64,000 bases of DNA from Candidatus Anderseniibacteriota bacterium (GCA_040876835.1 JBBDOX010000018.1:82396-146395), one strand, 5' to 3'; positions 26,459-34,873 are shown, counted from the stretch's first letter. Made by a program: numbers and translations. The notes: generated by a model not told the origin, from the sequence alone.

Positions 26459-27055
26459 ATGGGAGAAAAAGTGCCAAACTCATTCAATAGTTATGAGCGA
26501 GAAAGAAAGCTATTCTTACCTTTCATTGGCGTACTAGCTGGCTTACCTCTAACGGGGAAATCTACATTAGGTGAAGCCGTAGCTGCTAAGTCGAATGTCA
26601 TTTTTTTGGACGTAGATGCAGTACGGTATAAAGATGAATCTACTGATTCAGCTAGAGGAACAGAAGAGGAAGAAAAACGGGCAATGGAGACAGCCTATGA
26701 CCAGAATCACAGAATAGCCCAGGAGATGCTTGGTTTGGATCGTCCAGTGCTTTTAGCTGCCACATATTCCCGAGAAAGTTATCACGAGCAGTTAAAGAAA
26801 CTAATCGAAACTGCGCGCAAGCCATTAGTTTTCTTTTTACTAGAAGCATCTGATGATAATGTGCGTAACCGCATAGAGAGCCGTGCAGCCTCTAACAATC
26901 TTTCTAATATCCGTACATATGAGGATTATGCGAGCGTAAGAGACCGATACCAAAAGATGGTAGATGCGCCTGTTGTAACGATCGATACGGATCAGCCACT
27001 CGAACACAGCCGTGAGGCTATTTTCAAAACTCTTCAGCCGTATAGAATCGACTAA
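26459..27055 (+). CDS. P-loop kinase (AAA_33 / zeta-toxin-like fold).
   Basis: Walker A LAGLPLTGKSTLG. 198 aa. Confidence 0.55.
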   Translation: MGEKVPNSFNSYERERKLFLPFIGVLAGLPLTGKSTLGEAVAAKSNVIFLDVDAVRYKDESTDSARGTEEEEKRAMETAYDQNHRIAQEMLGLDRPVLLAATYSRESYHEQLKKLIETARKPLVFFLLEASDDNVRNRIESRAASNNLSNIRTYEDYASVRDRYQKMVDAPVVTIDTDQPLEHSREAIFKTLQPYRID

Positions 27056-27076
27056 TTGCCTTTGGGGATTAAAGTT

Positions 27077-27337
27077 CTAATCAAACGAAATAACCTGGAA
27101 ACCATGCTGGTTAACGTCTTCGTTTGACCAAAATTTCAAATCCCTGGTTTTTAGTATGTGGGTCGCCTTCTTCTCAATTACTCTCCCAGTATATTCCTCT
27201 GTCTTCGGATCCCATTCTTTAAGGACCAATATATCACCCGGTTTGCATTCCCAATTCGCTAAACGAAGTTCGTATTTTTTAGTTCCGTCAATAACACGCT
27301 GGAAGTATTCAGGCCAGACTTTTTTCTCGATTTTCAT
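27077..27337 (-). CDS. DUF3850 (ASCH/PUA-like) domain protein.
   Basis: MKIEKKVWPEYFQRVIDGTKKYELRL...GDILVLKEWDP matches the DUF3850 consensus. The start at 27337 is preferred. Confidence 0.6.
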   Translation of the reverse strand: MKIEKKVWPEYFQRVIDGTKKYELRLANWECKPGDILVLKEWDPKTEEYTGRVIEKKATHILKTRDLKFWSNEDVNQHGFQVISFD

Positions 27338-27339
27338 AA

Positions 27340-27407
27340 GCAGGGATATGCATACCAAGTTAGAGCCTTATTGCACCAGCTTGGGAGGCAGTTTGCAATA
27401 CCCGCGC
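27340..27407 (-). repeat. Decayed copy (gene-start remnant) of the 5' coding segment of the 27982-28863 gene.
   Basis: About 81% nucleotide identity to 28759-28825. The remnant ...AGIANCLPSWCNKALTWYAYPCL* parallels ...ADVANSFPNWRNEVLTWSIYPCQ in the intact gene. There is no start codon and an in-frame stop. Confidence 0.5.
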
Positions 27408-27490
27408 TTTTTCCTCGACCTTGACTTTATTATCATACTATCCTATGGTAGTAAACTTGAAATCAACACGCCAAAGAAAAGGAATATCCA

Positions 27491-27922
27491 ATGTTCATTC
27501 AACCACTCACACTCGATGATGTTGCCGAAGTTTGCCGAATTGGATTGGCCGAGTCAGCTTTCGAGGTTTCAGAGAGTGATACTTTCTGGACACCAGATCA
27601 GCTCTCAAAATGGGTTGAAACCGGTGAGGATGTGCTTCTCGTTGCCAAAGACAATGATCATAAGATCATCGGATTTGCATTGAGCACACTGCACCGGCCG
27701 ACCGGAAAAGCAACGTGGGAGAATCTCTATGTGAATCCCACTGCACGAAACCAGGGAGTCGGCATGGCTCTTACAGAGGAGATGACGCGGCAGCTCCACG
27801 CGAAGGGTGCAAGTTACATCTGCTTCTTCGTGAGAGCCGAGAAGGACGATGAAATTACTTACTTCACCAATCGAGGATTTACGCAGGGATACAACTTCGT
27901 TTGGTTCGGAAAATATTTGTAA
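27491..27922 (+). CDS. GNAT family N-acetyltransferase.
   Basis: ...RNQGVGMALTEEM... acetyl-CoA binding motif. 143 aa. Confidence 0.75.
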   Translation: MFIQPLTLDDVAEVCRIGLAESAFEVSESDTFWTPDQLSKWVETGEDVLLVAKDNDHKIIGFALSTLHRPTGKATWENLYVNPTARNQGVGMALTEEMTRQLHAKGASYICFFVRAEKDDEITYFTNRGFTQGYNFVWFGKYL

Positions 27923-27981
27923 TCCACACCAAGGACCAGCAAGCCGGGAGTCAAATCTCGGCTTTTTCATTTATAATGACT

Positions 27982-28863
27982 TCAGAAATCCTTGAACTGA
28001 TGTTTTGACAAATCAAATAGCAACTTACTTTCGAGATCATAATAGGAATTTTCATATATGTTATCTGGATTCTTGAATTCAAATATATTCTTTTGGTAAA
28101 GGTATCCCTCCGTCATGAGGGGTTTACCTGGGTAGCAGTTTAATATCCATTTTTCTCGGTGTTGAATATAGTCATTTGGAAATGAGAACTTTCCTTTTGC
28201 AATCAGGTAAAGCACTAAGCTCTCTTCTAAAATAAAGTTAGCTTGGTTCTCATTCACCTCTTTATCACCTGAATCAATTTTTACATATTCTTGCAGCTCT
28301 TGATCGTCTCTATACATTTTCTTAATTTCCGAGAAGTAAGTTGTAAATTCCCGCGAGTTGAGTAGAAGCTGCCCCCACGTCAGAAATGTATACGCTTTCG
28401 GAATAAGATCTCGACGTTTTTTAAGCACATTAAGAAACGAATTTTTGTGCTGTAGCATAGACTCAACATACTTCGCTCTTAATGCTTGCGGTGTGTCATT
28501 CGCTGTATGCATGTACAAATAATCGCTGTACAAGATGATCGCACCAATTCCGTCTGTTTTTACAATTTTTCTTAAAAATTCCTCCAGATATGAGAAATAA
28601 TTCTCTGCTCTTTGGGTGTTAGAAATTTTACTCATCGAGATTCCAAATACCACCAGCCCCTCGTCGTGGGGAAACTGGTTAATATCGTGAGGTTTCAGGT
28701 TTTCGTTCATATCCTTGAGTGTGTCATATCCGAAACTAAATTTTAATTTTCCCGATTGGCAGGGATATATAGACCAAGTTAGAACCTCATTACGCCAGTT
28801 TGGGAAGGAGTTTGCAACATCCGCGCCTGGATCTATATCTTCTCTCCCCATGTGCTGACCCAT
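27982..28863 (-). CDS. Hypothetical protein (293 aa), AT-rich. It is the source of the repeated N-terminal segment.
   Basis: Complete ORF. Codons about 13-35 (28759-28825) are the intact copy of the repeat. No family recognised. Confidence 0.5.
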   Translation of the reverse strand: MGQHMGREDIDPGADVANSFPNWRNEVLTWSIYPCQSGKLKFSFGYDTLKDMNENLKPHDINQFPHDEGLVVFGISMSKISNTQRAENYFSYLEEFLRKIVKTDGIGAIILYSDYLYMHTANDTPQALRAKYVESMLQHKNSFLNVLKKRRDLIPKAYTFLTWGQLLLNSREFTTYFSEIKKMYRDDQELQEYVKIDSGDKEVNENQANFILEESLVLYLIAKGKFSFPNDYIQHREKWILNCYPGKPLMTEGYLYQKNIFEFKNPDNIYENSYYDLESKLLFDLSKHQFKDF

Positions 28864-29468
28864 TTTGTGTCTCTGCGGCCACGTTCATCCTCCATAACTT
28901 CGGAGCGAATAATTTGAAAACCAGCATTCTCCAGTAGCTTCTCCATTTCTATTGGTGAGTAATAAACGAAGAATCTCTTTTTATTATCAGACAATTTTTC
29001 CTCCCGGTATTCTTCACCCTCTCCTTGTTTCACCCTAATGTGTACTTTCCCACCTGTCTTGAGAATACGCCAGAAGTTCTGAAGGATTGACGGTACGTCT
29101 TCTCGCTCGGCATGTAGTAAAACAGCATTGGCCCAGATAGCATCAAATTCGCCGTCGGGAAAGTCAAGATGGCGCATGTCTTTATTGAAAAATTGTGCTT
29201 GCGGAACTAATTGTTCTGCTTCGCGCAGAAAGCTGTCTACGACATCAGTTCCGACCACGGTCATGCCAGCGTCAACAAAAACTTTAGCATCCCTCCCGCC
29301 CGCAGTGCCGACTTCAAGGACTTTGCTGCCTTGACGAAGCTTCGCAATAAACTCAGGCAATTCTTGCGGGAATGAATCAGAAACGCCAGCAAGATATTTA
29401 CTGCTGATTTGGTCATAAACACTCTTTGTATTGCCGTATTTATCCACTAGTAGTGTTTTATAGATCAA
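28833..29468 (-). CDS. Class I SAM-dependent methyltransferase (small-molecule type). The 5' end is non-canonical.
   Basis: SAM-binding ...VLEVGTAGGRDA...DAGMTVVGTDV. The only available start is TTG, immediately after a decayed repeat remnant. Confidence 0.6.
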   Translation of the reverse strand: MIYKTLLVDKYGNTKSVYDQISSKYLAGVSDSFPQELPEFIAKLRQGSKVLEVGTAGGRDAKVFVDAGMTVVGTDVVDSFLREAEQLVPQAQFFNKDMRHLDFPDGEFDAIWANAVLLHAEREDVPSILQNFWRILKTGGKVHIRVKQGEGEEYREEKLSDNKKRFFVYYSPIEMEKLLENAGFQIIRSEVMEDERGRRDTKWVSTWGEKI

Positions 29469-29492
29469 GTTAGAACTCTACTTAGCCAGTAA
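29461..29492 (-). repeat. Third, partial copy of the N-terminal segment, upstream of the methyltransferase gene.
   Basis: About 30 nt match 28771-28800. The homologous frame carries stops (RVLT*SIK against EVLTWSIY). Confidence 0.4.
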
Positions 29493-29550
29493 TCTTTTTC
29501 CAGAATCATTCATACCTCTTTCCTCCCTTGAACCTTTAGTTCATCGTGAT

Positions 29551-31278
29551 TTAAATACTCGGTCCTACGTCCTCATTTGTAGTTCCTGGAGGAGCAACCA
29601 AGCGTATGTAGGAAAATGGAATAACTACTCCCCCCGTCTCATTACTCCACTGCACTGTAGCGATAAAAGGATTGATTTCTCTTCTCTGTTTGAGCCTGTA
29701 TTCTGCTATATGATCAACCTCATCCGGATTTCTCGGGAATATATACTTAACTATACCTTCTCTGCCATCGCTTGGATTAATGACGCGTTGCCCATTCCAC
29801 TTTCTCTGTGCTTTTGCAAGGAAAGCTGCCCTCCCAAACTTATTATCCGGCACATTCTTAGTTCCGTTACCTTTCAAGATGAAACTAATCATTCTAGAAC
29901 TAAGTTTCTTCGTAGGTGGAATATCTACACCGTACCCCGTGAGAAACGCTTCCTGTTTCTTGGTCGGTCGCATTGTTTCCGGCAACTGTTTTTTACCGGG
30001 AGATGCTTTTTCTCTTTCTTTTCTTCTTTTTTCGGCCTTTTCTTTTTTTGCCTGAGCCTCCTTAGCCTGAAGCTCCTCCACCCTTTTACGTTCCTCTTCT
30101 GGATTTTCTCGGAGCGCTCTCCTTTCCATAAATCGCTTGCGCGTTTCATTGAAGAGTTCTTTAATCCGAATTACTCCGCCTGAACTTTCTATAGCTTCCC
30201 GAAAAGATTTAAATCGTAATGGGCTTTCTGCTGGCTGAACGGCTACAGGGCTCTCATATTTGCGACTAGAAGTTTCGTTCGTAAGTTTGGGAATAAAAGT
30301 GTCGGAAGGGAGTTTGTAAATACAAACTGGTTTTTCTAGTCGGTCCGCGACTGATTTGTCAACCTCTAAGATAAGTCTTTGTTCCCCTCTGTCCCCATAG
30401 GATTCGTAATTTATTTTGAACTGAAAATTCTCTTCAAAGCGACTCCGTATAAGTCTGCGCGCAGCTGCGTGTGCGATATCCTCTGATGCCCACACACGTA
30501 AATTTTTATCGTTGGTGCGAATACTATATTCCCGATGCGGCTTTATTTCTTTTAGGCTTGTTTTCAAGCTTGCATGGTAAAGGAAAGGCGGCTTTTCAGC
30601 TTTTTCTGGACTTGATACCTCTTCAAAATTCTTATGCGTGTTTGAACTCTGTTTTTTCTGATCACCAACCAGCTTCCATTCATATTGGGTAACCTTGTCT
30701 GGTTCCAAATTTTGATGCCTATATCCAGTCGGGGTTCCTAATTTATCTAAGTTAATATTTTCAGAGGTACACCCTACTACATACTCGTGGTAGTGAATCA
30801 AATCTCTAAGTCCAGGATATTTCCAGCCATCTTCTGGCCTGTATTCCTTATCGTATTGCCGAGGATGCTTTAACGTGCTTGGATTTACATTTACTATCCC
30901 CGCCTCCGTTAAGGCTTTCATCGCCGCCTGTGCTGCGCTTTCTCCCTCTTGTATCCGCTTACCTATTTCTGTATGCTTCTCGTCTTCAGTATCGCCATGC
31001 AAGACTCTCTTCGCTTCAACTAACTTCCAAAGACTTCCTTTGTCATCGGTATATTGAATATCAACAAGAGCAACTGATACTTCTCGTACTAGCTCTCCTT
31101 CTTTCTCGACGAGAGCTGCATACCCCGCTTCAACTTCTCTCTCAAGATCTTTAAGGGTTTGGGCTGCGGGATATTCTTCCGATCCCCATCTTTGGTAAGG
31201 AATATTATATTTATCAAGCAGCTCTCTGACACTTGGTAAATTTTCAGGATTGTTAATCCTTGGTTCTCTTTCTGACAT
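29551..31278 (-). CDS. Large hypothetical protein (575 aa) with a Lys/Glu-rich coiled-coil stretch.
   Basis: Complete ORF containing KRVEELQAKEAQAKKEKAEKRRKEREK. No catalytic motif recognised. It lies immediately 3' of tRNA-Trp. Confidence 0.5.
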   Translation of the reverse strand: MSEREPRINNPENLPSVRELLDKYNIPYQRWGSEEYPAAQTLKDLEREVEAGYAALVEKEGELVREVSVALVDIQYTDDKGSLWKLVEAKRVLHGDTEDEKHTEIGKRIQEGESAAQAAMKALTEAGIVNVNPSTLKHPRQYDKEYRPEDGWKYPGLRDLIHYHEYVVGCTSENINLDKLGTPTGYRHQNLEPDKVTQYEWKLVGDQKKQSSNTHKNFEEVSSPEKAEKPPFLYHASLKTSLKEIKPHREYSIRTNDKNLRVWASEDIAHAAARRLIRSRFEENFQFKINYESYGDRGEQRLILEVDKSVADRLEKPVCIYKLPSDTFIPKLTNETSSRKYESPVAVQPAESPLRFKSFREAIESSGGVIRIKELFNETRKRFMERRALRENPEEERKRVEELQAKEAQAKKEKAEKRRKEREKASPGKKQLPETMRPTKKQEAFLTGYGVDIPPTKKLSSRMISFILKGNGTKNVPDNKFGRAAFLAKAQRKWNGQRVINPSDGREGIVKYIFPRNPDEVDHIAEYRLKQRREINPFIATVQWSNETGGVVIPFSYIRLVAPPGTTNEDVGPSI

Positions 31279-31316
31279 ATATCAACCCTATCACTAGGTT
31301 CTAATTTATTCCACGT

Positions 31317-31390
31317 TGGCAGGGGTGGAGAGAATCGAACTCCCGCTATCCGCTTTGGAGGCGGATGTCATGCCACTAGACCACACCCCC
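31317..31390 (-). tRNA. tRNA-Trp (anticodon CCA), with CCA encoded.
   Basis: Cloverleaf folds by hand. Anticodon stem TCCGC/GCGGA with loop CTCCAAA, T-arm GGGAG-TTCGATT-CTCTC, acceptor GGGGGTG/CACCCCT with a G1:U72 wobble. Confidence 0.8.
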
Positions 31391-31450
31391 GTATCAATAA
31401 AGACACGGTATCTACCGTGCCCTCATTGTACTGAATTTCGCCTGATTGGC

Positions 31451-31614
31451 TACTTTTTTGCTTTTTCGCCGTGGACAGTATGTTTGCGGCAACTCGGACA
31501 ATGCTTTTGAAGTTCTAGCTTATGTCCGTCCTGGCGGCGCAGATTGCGACCAGTGTGATAGTTGTACGATTTGCAATCCTTGCACTGCAGACGAATGAGG
31601 TTATCTTGGCTCAT
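31451..31614 (-). CDS. rpmG: 50S ribosomal protein L33.
   Basis: 54-aa MSQDNLIRLQCKDCKSYNYHTGRNLRRQDGHKLELQKHCPSCRKHTVHGEKAKK, with the CxxC...CxxC zinc ribbon of L33. It is below the ORF-track size cutoff and lies directly upstream of tRNA-Trp, as in many bacteria. Confidence 0.8.
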
Positions 31615-31676
31615 AGACTAATTTAATGAGTAGGGTAGTACGTAGTTACGTAGATGCCAATATATGGCATAAACAG

Positions 31677-33224
31677 CTATTTGTCCATATCCTGCTTTAG
31701 TATCCACTGCTTCACCGATTCTTCCCACTCGTACAGCCTCTTAGGGGTAGGATCCTGAGTAATTCCTTCAGTACGCTGCCACTGCCCCCCTGCCGCTCTG
31801 TAACGGGCCAGTATTTTCCATTCCGGATGAATAATGTCCGGAACCGCAATGGCCAGACGCTGCGTTTCTTCCTGGGAAAGCACGTCTACAAATACTGTAT
31901 TGGGCTGGTCTGTTATAACAACGCGGAGAGGATTTGCCTGAGGATCAGTGGCAATCTCTACAATGTGTTCGGCCACAAACGCAGTAAGCTCGGCGTCAGA
32001 AAATCCTGATGCCGGTAAAGACTCCTGAGAGTTTGCCGAGCGGATTTTTGACTGAACCAAATGTACGCTGCCGCCAGGCATCGCGAAGGAGCCGATGTTC
32101 TTGGTTAGCCCCACCCGGCTATCGAGAACATGCGCCTGGATTTGTCCGTTCGGCAACTGAAGCAGAAAAGACAGATACTGAGAGCTTGCGGCATGAGAAG
32201 AGAGCAGTACACCAGGGGTCTCTGCTATCTTGCTGTGTGTGCCACTCTGGGTAATCCAGAATGAAAGAGTCTGTTGATGTTGGGTGGCATACAGGAGTGT
32301 GTTGTCATTGATCCACTGCACGTGGACCACCGCCCCTACTACCGGATATTTATCAACTCGTCCGTCGCCGCGGGCAGTCACAAGCTGGGCCGGGGCGATG
32401 TTGCTACTGCTGCTGGCAAACGCCAGAGAGCTACCGTTAGCGCTAATATCCACGATGCCACGAGACACGTCGTCTTTTATATTGTCGAAGTTTAGTTGAG
32501 GAAACTGCGCGGATATTTTGGCCGGGAGTGCCTGTACGGTTACGAATTCAATTTTTTCTTCATCCCCTACCCCACTATCTGCCAGAAACCACAGAGCCGT
32601 ACTCTGACTGTTCCAGCGCGGAGTGGTTATAACATCGGAGGCAGTGATATTTTCAGCGAGCAGTCCTGTGCCGCCATCTTTAGTGTCATACATCCACAGT
32701 TCCGTCTTTTTCGGTTTGGAGTCGGCGTCATCAAGATAATATGCTAAACGCTCACCGCTCGGACTTAAGAAAAGATCGCGCAATTCGACCAGAGAGGTCT
32801 GATCAACAAGCAGCTTTTCTTCACCATTTTTATACACCAGTTGGCGCGCATCTTCCTTCTCACCAGCCCGATAGTGATACCATCCCCTTCCGTCAAACAC
32901 CGCCCCCGCCTCTGCAGTATCAGGAGGGTCAACTGGAATACATTGCGGATTGCAGATATACACCTGACGGCTTCCGTTGCTCTGTACGTGCGCCAGTACC
33001 AGATCCATATCAGGAATGGTCGAAGGAGAGGGGTCTTGAGCCGAGCGCACTTCAGGCTCTGGCTGCGGCTGGCTATCTTGCTGCAGCCACGCCCAAGCAC
33101 CACCAGCTAGAATGGCCAGAAGTACCAGCAGACGCCAGAAAAATCCAAAGGTAAAAAATGTATATCGACGCATACCTGTTGTAGTGTACCAAAGGCTAGC
33201 AGTTGCAGCGATTCGGAAAATCAA
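31677..33224 (-). CDS. Membrane-anchored beta-propeller (TolB/PD40-like) protein.
   Basis: N-terminal transmembrane helix. Repeated ...GERLAYY...DGG... segments resemble PD40/WD40-like blades. Confidence 0.4.
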   Translation of the reverse strand: MIFRIAATASLWYTTTGMRRYTFFTFGFFWRLLVLLAILAGGAWAWLQQDSQPQPEPEVRSAQDPSPSTIPDMDLVLAHVQSNGSRQVYICNPQCIPVDPPDTAEAGAVFDGRGWYHYRAGEKEDARQLVYKNGEEKLLVDQTSLVELRDLFLSPSGERLAYYLDDADSKPKKTELWMYDTKDGGTGLLAENITASDVITTPRWNSQSTALWFLADSGVGDEEKIEFVTVQALPAKISAQFPQLNFDNIKDDVSRGIVDISANGSSLAFASSSSNIAPAQLVTARGDGRVDKYPVVGAVVHVQWINDNTLLYATQHQQTLSFWITQSGTHSKIAETPGVLLSSHAASSQYLSFLLQLPNGQIQAHVLDSRVGLTKNIGSFAMPGGSVHLVQSKIRSANSQESLPASGFSDAELTAFVAEHIVEIATDPQANPLRVVITDQPNTVFVDVLSQEETQRLAIAVPDIIHPEWKILARYRAAGGQWQRTEGITQDPTPKRLYEWEESVKQWILKQDMDK

Positions 33225-33240
33225 TATAGTAAACCCTATT

Positions 33241-33312
33241 GCCGATGTAGCTCAGTGGTAGAGCATTCCCATGGTAAGGGAAAGGCCGCGGGTCCGATTC
33301 CCGCCATCGGCT
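33241..33312 (+). tRNA. tRNA-Thr (anticodon GGU).
   Basis: Acceptor GCCGATG/CATCGGC, D-arm GCTCAGTGGTAGAGC, anticodon loop ATGGTAA. The T-loop reads TCCGATT, with C at position 55. Confidence 0.75.
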
Positions 33313-33563
33313 CATTCAATTAGTGCGAAACGCGAAATCGCCTTTCCGTCTACCTCAACTTTTGCATTCCAATCGCTATACGTTCGCGCCCAGACTGTAT
33401 TGTTATGTTGTGGACTGCGGTAGATAACAAGCGGCTCGAGGGTGTCTTCCTTCACAGCTAAGCCCATTACTTCATATTCTCCGCTTTTGTAGTGCGTATA
33501 CCACTGCCCGACTTTAACTGGGAGTTCAGTAAGCGCTGCTTGAGCTTCATCCTTATCACTCAT
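33312..33563 (-). CDS. DUF1653 family protein.
   Basis: ...YTHYKSGEYEVMGLA...LVIYRS... matches the DUF1653 pattern. 83 aa. Confidence 0.55.
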   Translation of the reverse strand: MSDKDEAQAALTELPVKVGQWYTHYKSGEYEVMGLAVKEDTLEPLVIYRSPQHNNTVWARTYSDWNAKVEVDGKAISRFALIE

Positions 33564-34636
33564 CGCTTCGCCAGAACTTCATCAAGTTCGGCTTTCTTAG
33601 CGGCAATATCAGACTGAGCGAAATGTTCTCGTACCGGAGAGAGAAGTTCAATGAGTTCCTTGGAGACGGTAGATTTTAAATCCATCGGGTGCACGTCTCC
33701 AGCTGCGTAAGCTTTTTCCAGCTCCTCATAGTTAGTGAACTCTACATTGCCGCCATGTTCTTCTTTGCGTTCAATACGAAACGGCTGGCTGCGATTCCAG
33801 AAAAGAATATTCTTAATCCAGTTCAGGATCGGATTATGCTCTGTCTCTTTTTCCGGAGCAAAGGCTTTCTTTATCTTTCGTTCAATGTCAGCTGGATCAT
33901 CATGCACGAAGATAGCTGAGTCAGGATCTGACTTGCTCATCTTATCTTCCTTACTCTTCCCGTTCAGACTTTGAAGGAGTGGGTGGTGGAGGGCAATTGG
34001 TTTTGGCTGGTCGGGTCGAATCTTGTGGGCCACGTCCCTCATTACTACATGAGCTTTGCGCTGATCCATACCAGCGTGGGCGATGTCGATGTTTTGATAG
34101 AAAATGTCAGCAGCTTGCATGGCAGGATACATCGTCCGGGCATAGTCGACGTCTTCCCCGGCGGCTTTACCGGTAATATCAATACTACGCACGATACGAG
34201 CTAGGGTTGTATGCTGTCCGATGCTTACCACGTCCTTCCAGTATTCAGGAAAATCCCTGGCATACCATTCGCTAGCTAGGCGAAACTCAATATCGTCCGG
34301 GTTACCGCCAACGGCTTTGTAGCTCGCTTTCATAGCTTCCGTAAAATACCCCTGGCCGATTCTGGCTGCCGTCTCTTGTCTACCATCCAGTTTGTTATTA
34401 ATTGCAGAGTGCCAGTCAGCCAGCCACACTGTACATTTGACCCCAAGGTCAGTTAAATCCTTCATGACCAATGAAGTCATGATTCCTGTACCTAAATGAA
34501 CATAGCCGGATATCTCGAAACCGATATAATGGGTTAAGGGAGTTCCGGACGCTATTCGCTCCCGTAGATCTTCTTCAGTGATTACTTCAGCAAGATTATT
34601 AGCTAACCGGTTGATAATTTCGTCTTTTTCTGGCAT
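33560..34636 (-). CDS. tyrS: Tyrosyl-tRNA synthetase, archaeal/eukaryotic type.
   Basis: HIGH-like region ...YIGFEISGYVHLGT, KMSKS, and a C-terminal half closely resembling archaeal TyrRS (...KIKKAF-PE...NPILNWIKNILF...FTNYEELEKAYA-G-VHPMDLK...). The start at 34636 avoids overlap with the tRNA-Thr gene. Confidence 0.75.
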   Translation of the reverse strand: MPEKDEIINRLANNLAEVITEEDLRERIASGTPLTHYIGFEISGYVHLGTGIMTSLVMKDLTDLGVKCTVWLADWHSAINNKLDGRQETAARIGQGYFTEAMKASYKAVGGNPDDIEFRLASEWYARDFPEYWKDVVSIGQHTTLARIVRSIDITGKAAGEDVDYARTMYPAMQAADIFYQNIDIAHAGMDQRKAHVVMRDVAHKIRPDQPKPIALHHPLLQSLNGKSKEDKMSKSDPDSAIFVHDDPADIERKIKKAFAPEKETEHNPILNWIKNILFWNRSQPFRIERKEEHGGNVEFTNYEELEKAYAAGDVHPMDLKSTVSKELIELLSPVREHFAQSDIAAKKAELDEVLAKR

Positions 34637-34679
34637 ACAGACATAATATATATGACTGGTGATAAGTGCCAGTTTATAC

Positions 34680-34755
34680 GCCACCTTAGCTCAGCTGGTA
34701 GAGCAACTCACTTGTAATGAGTAGGTCGTCGGTTCGAATCCGACAGGTGGCTCCA
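34680..34755 (+). tRNA. tRNA-Thr (anticodon UGU), with CCA encoded.
   Basis: Acceptor GCCACCT/AGGTGGC, anticodon loop CTTGTAA, T-arm GTCGG-TTCGAAT-CCGAC. Confidence 0.85.
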
Positions 34756-34827
34756 CCGGGGATGGCAGATCGGCTTATGCAGCGGACTGTAAATCCGCGA
34801 AGGTAGGTTCAACTCCTACTCCCCGGA
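34756..34827 (+). tRNA. tRNA-Tyr (anticodon GUA), class-I-like with a 4-nt variable loop and a C1:G72 pair.
   Basis: Acceptor CCGGGGA/TCCCCGG, anticodon stem GCGGA/TCCGC with loop CTGTAAA, T-arm GTAGG-TTCAACT-CCTAC. There is no long variable arm. It abuts the tRNA-Thr gene with no spacer. Confidence 0.7.
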
Positions 34828-34873
34828 CAAAAAATCGCGAGACAGACATTCGCCATTATTATAAAATAGGATC

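Noticed and set aside
29551-31278. Possible Nudix box in the N-terminal region of the 575-aa protein (EIGKRIQEGESAAQAAMKALTEAGI).
   Set aside because: Spacing does not fit G-x5-E-x7-REUxEExGU when counted residue by residue. Left as hypothetical.
31316-31510. ORF-track 64-aa plus-strand ORF.
   Set aside because: It is antisense to the tRNA-Trp gene and to rpmG (L33), both clearly recognisable on the minus strand. No ribosome-binding site. Spurious.
34637-34684. Longer N-terminal extension of tyrS (ORF-track start at 34684) and possible T-box leaders upstream of tyrS/thrS.
   Set aside because: The extension would overlap the tRNA-Thr gene starting at 34680. An internal ATG at 34636 fits. The upstream gaps (under 70 nt) are too short for a T-box riboswitch.
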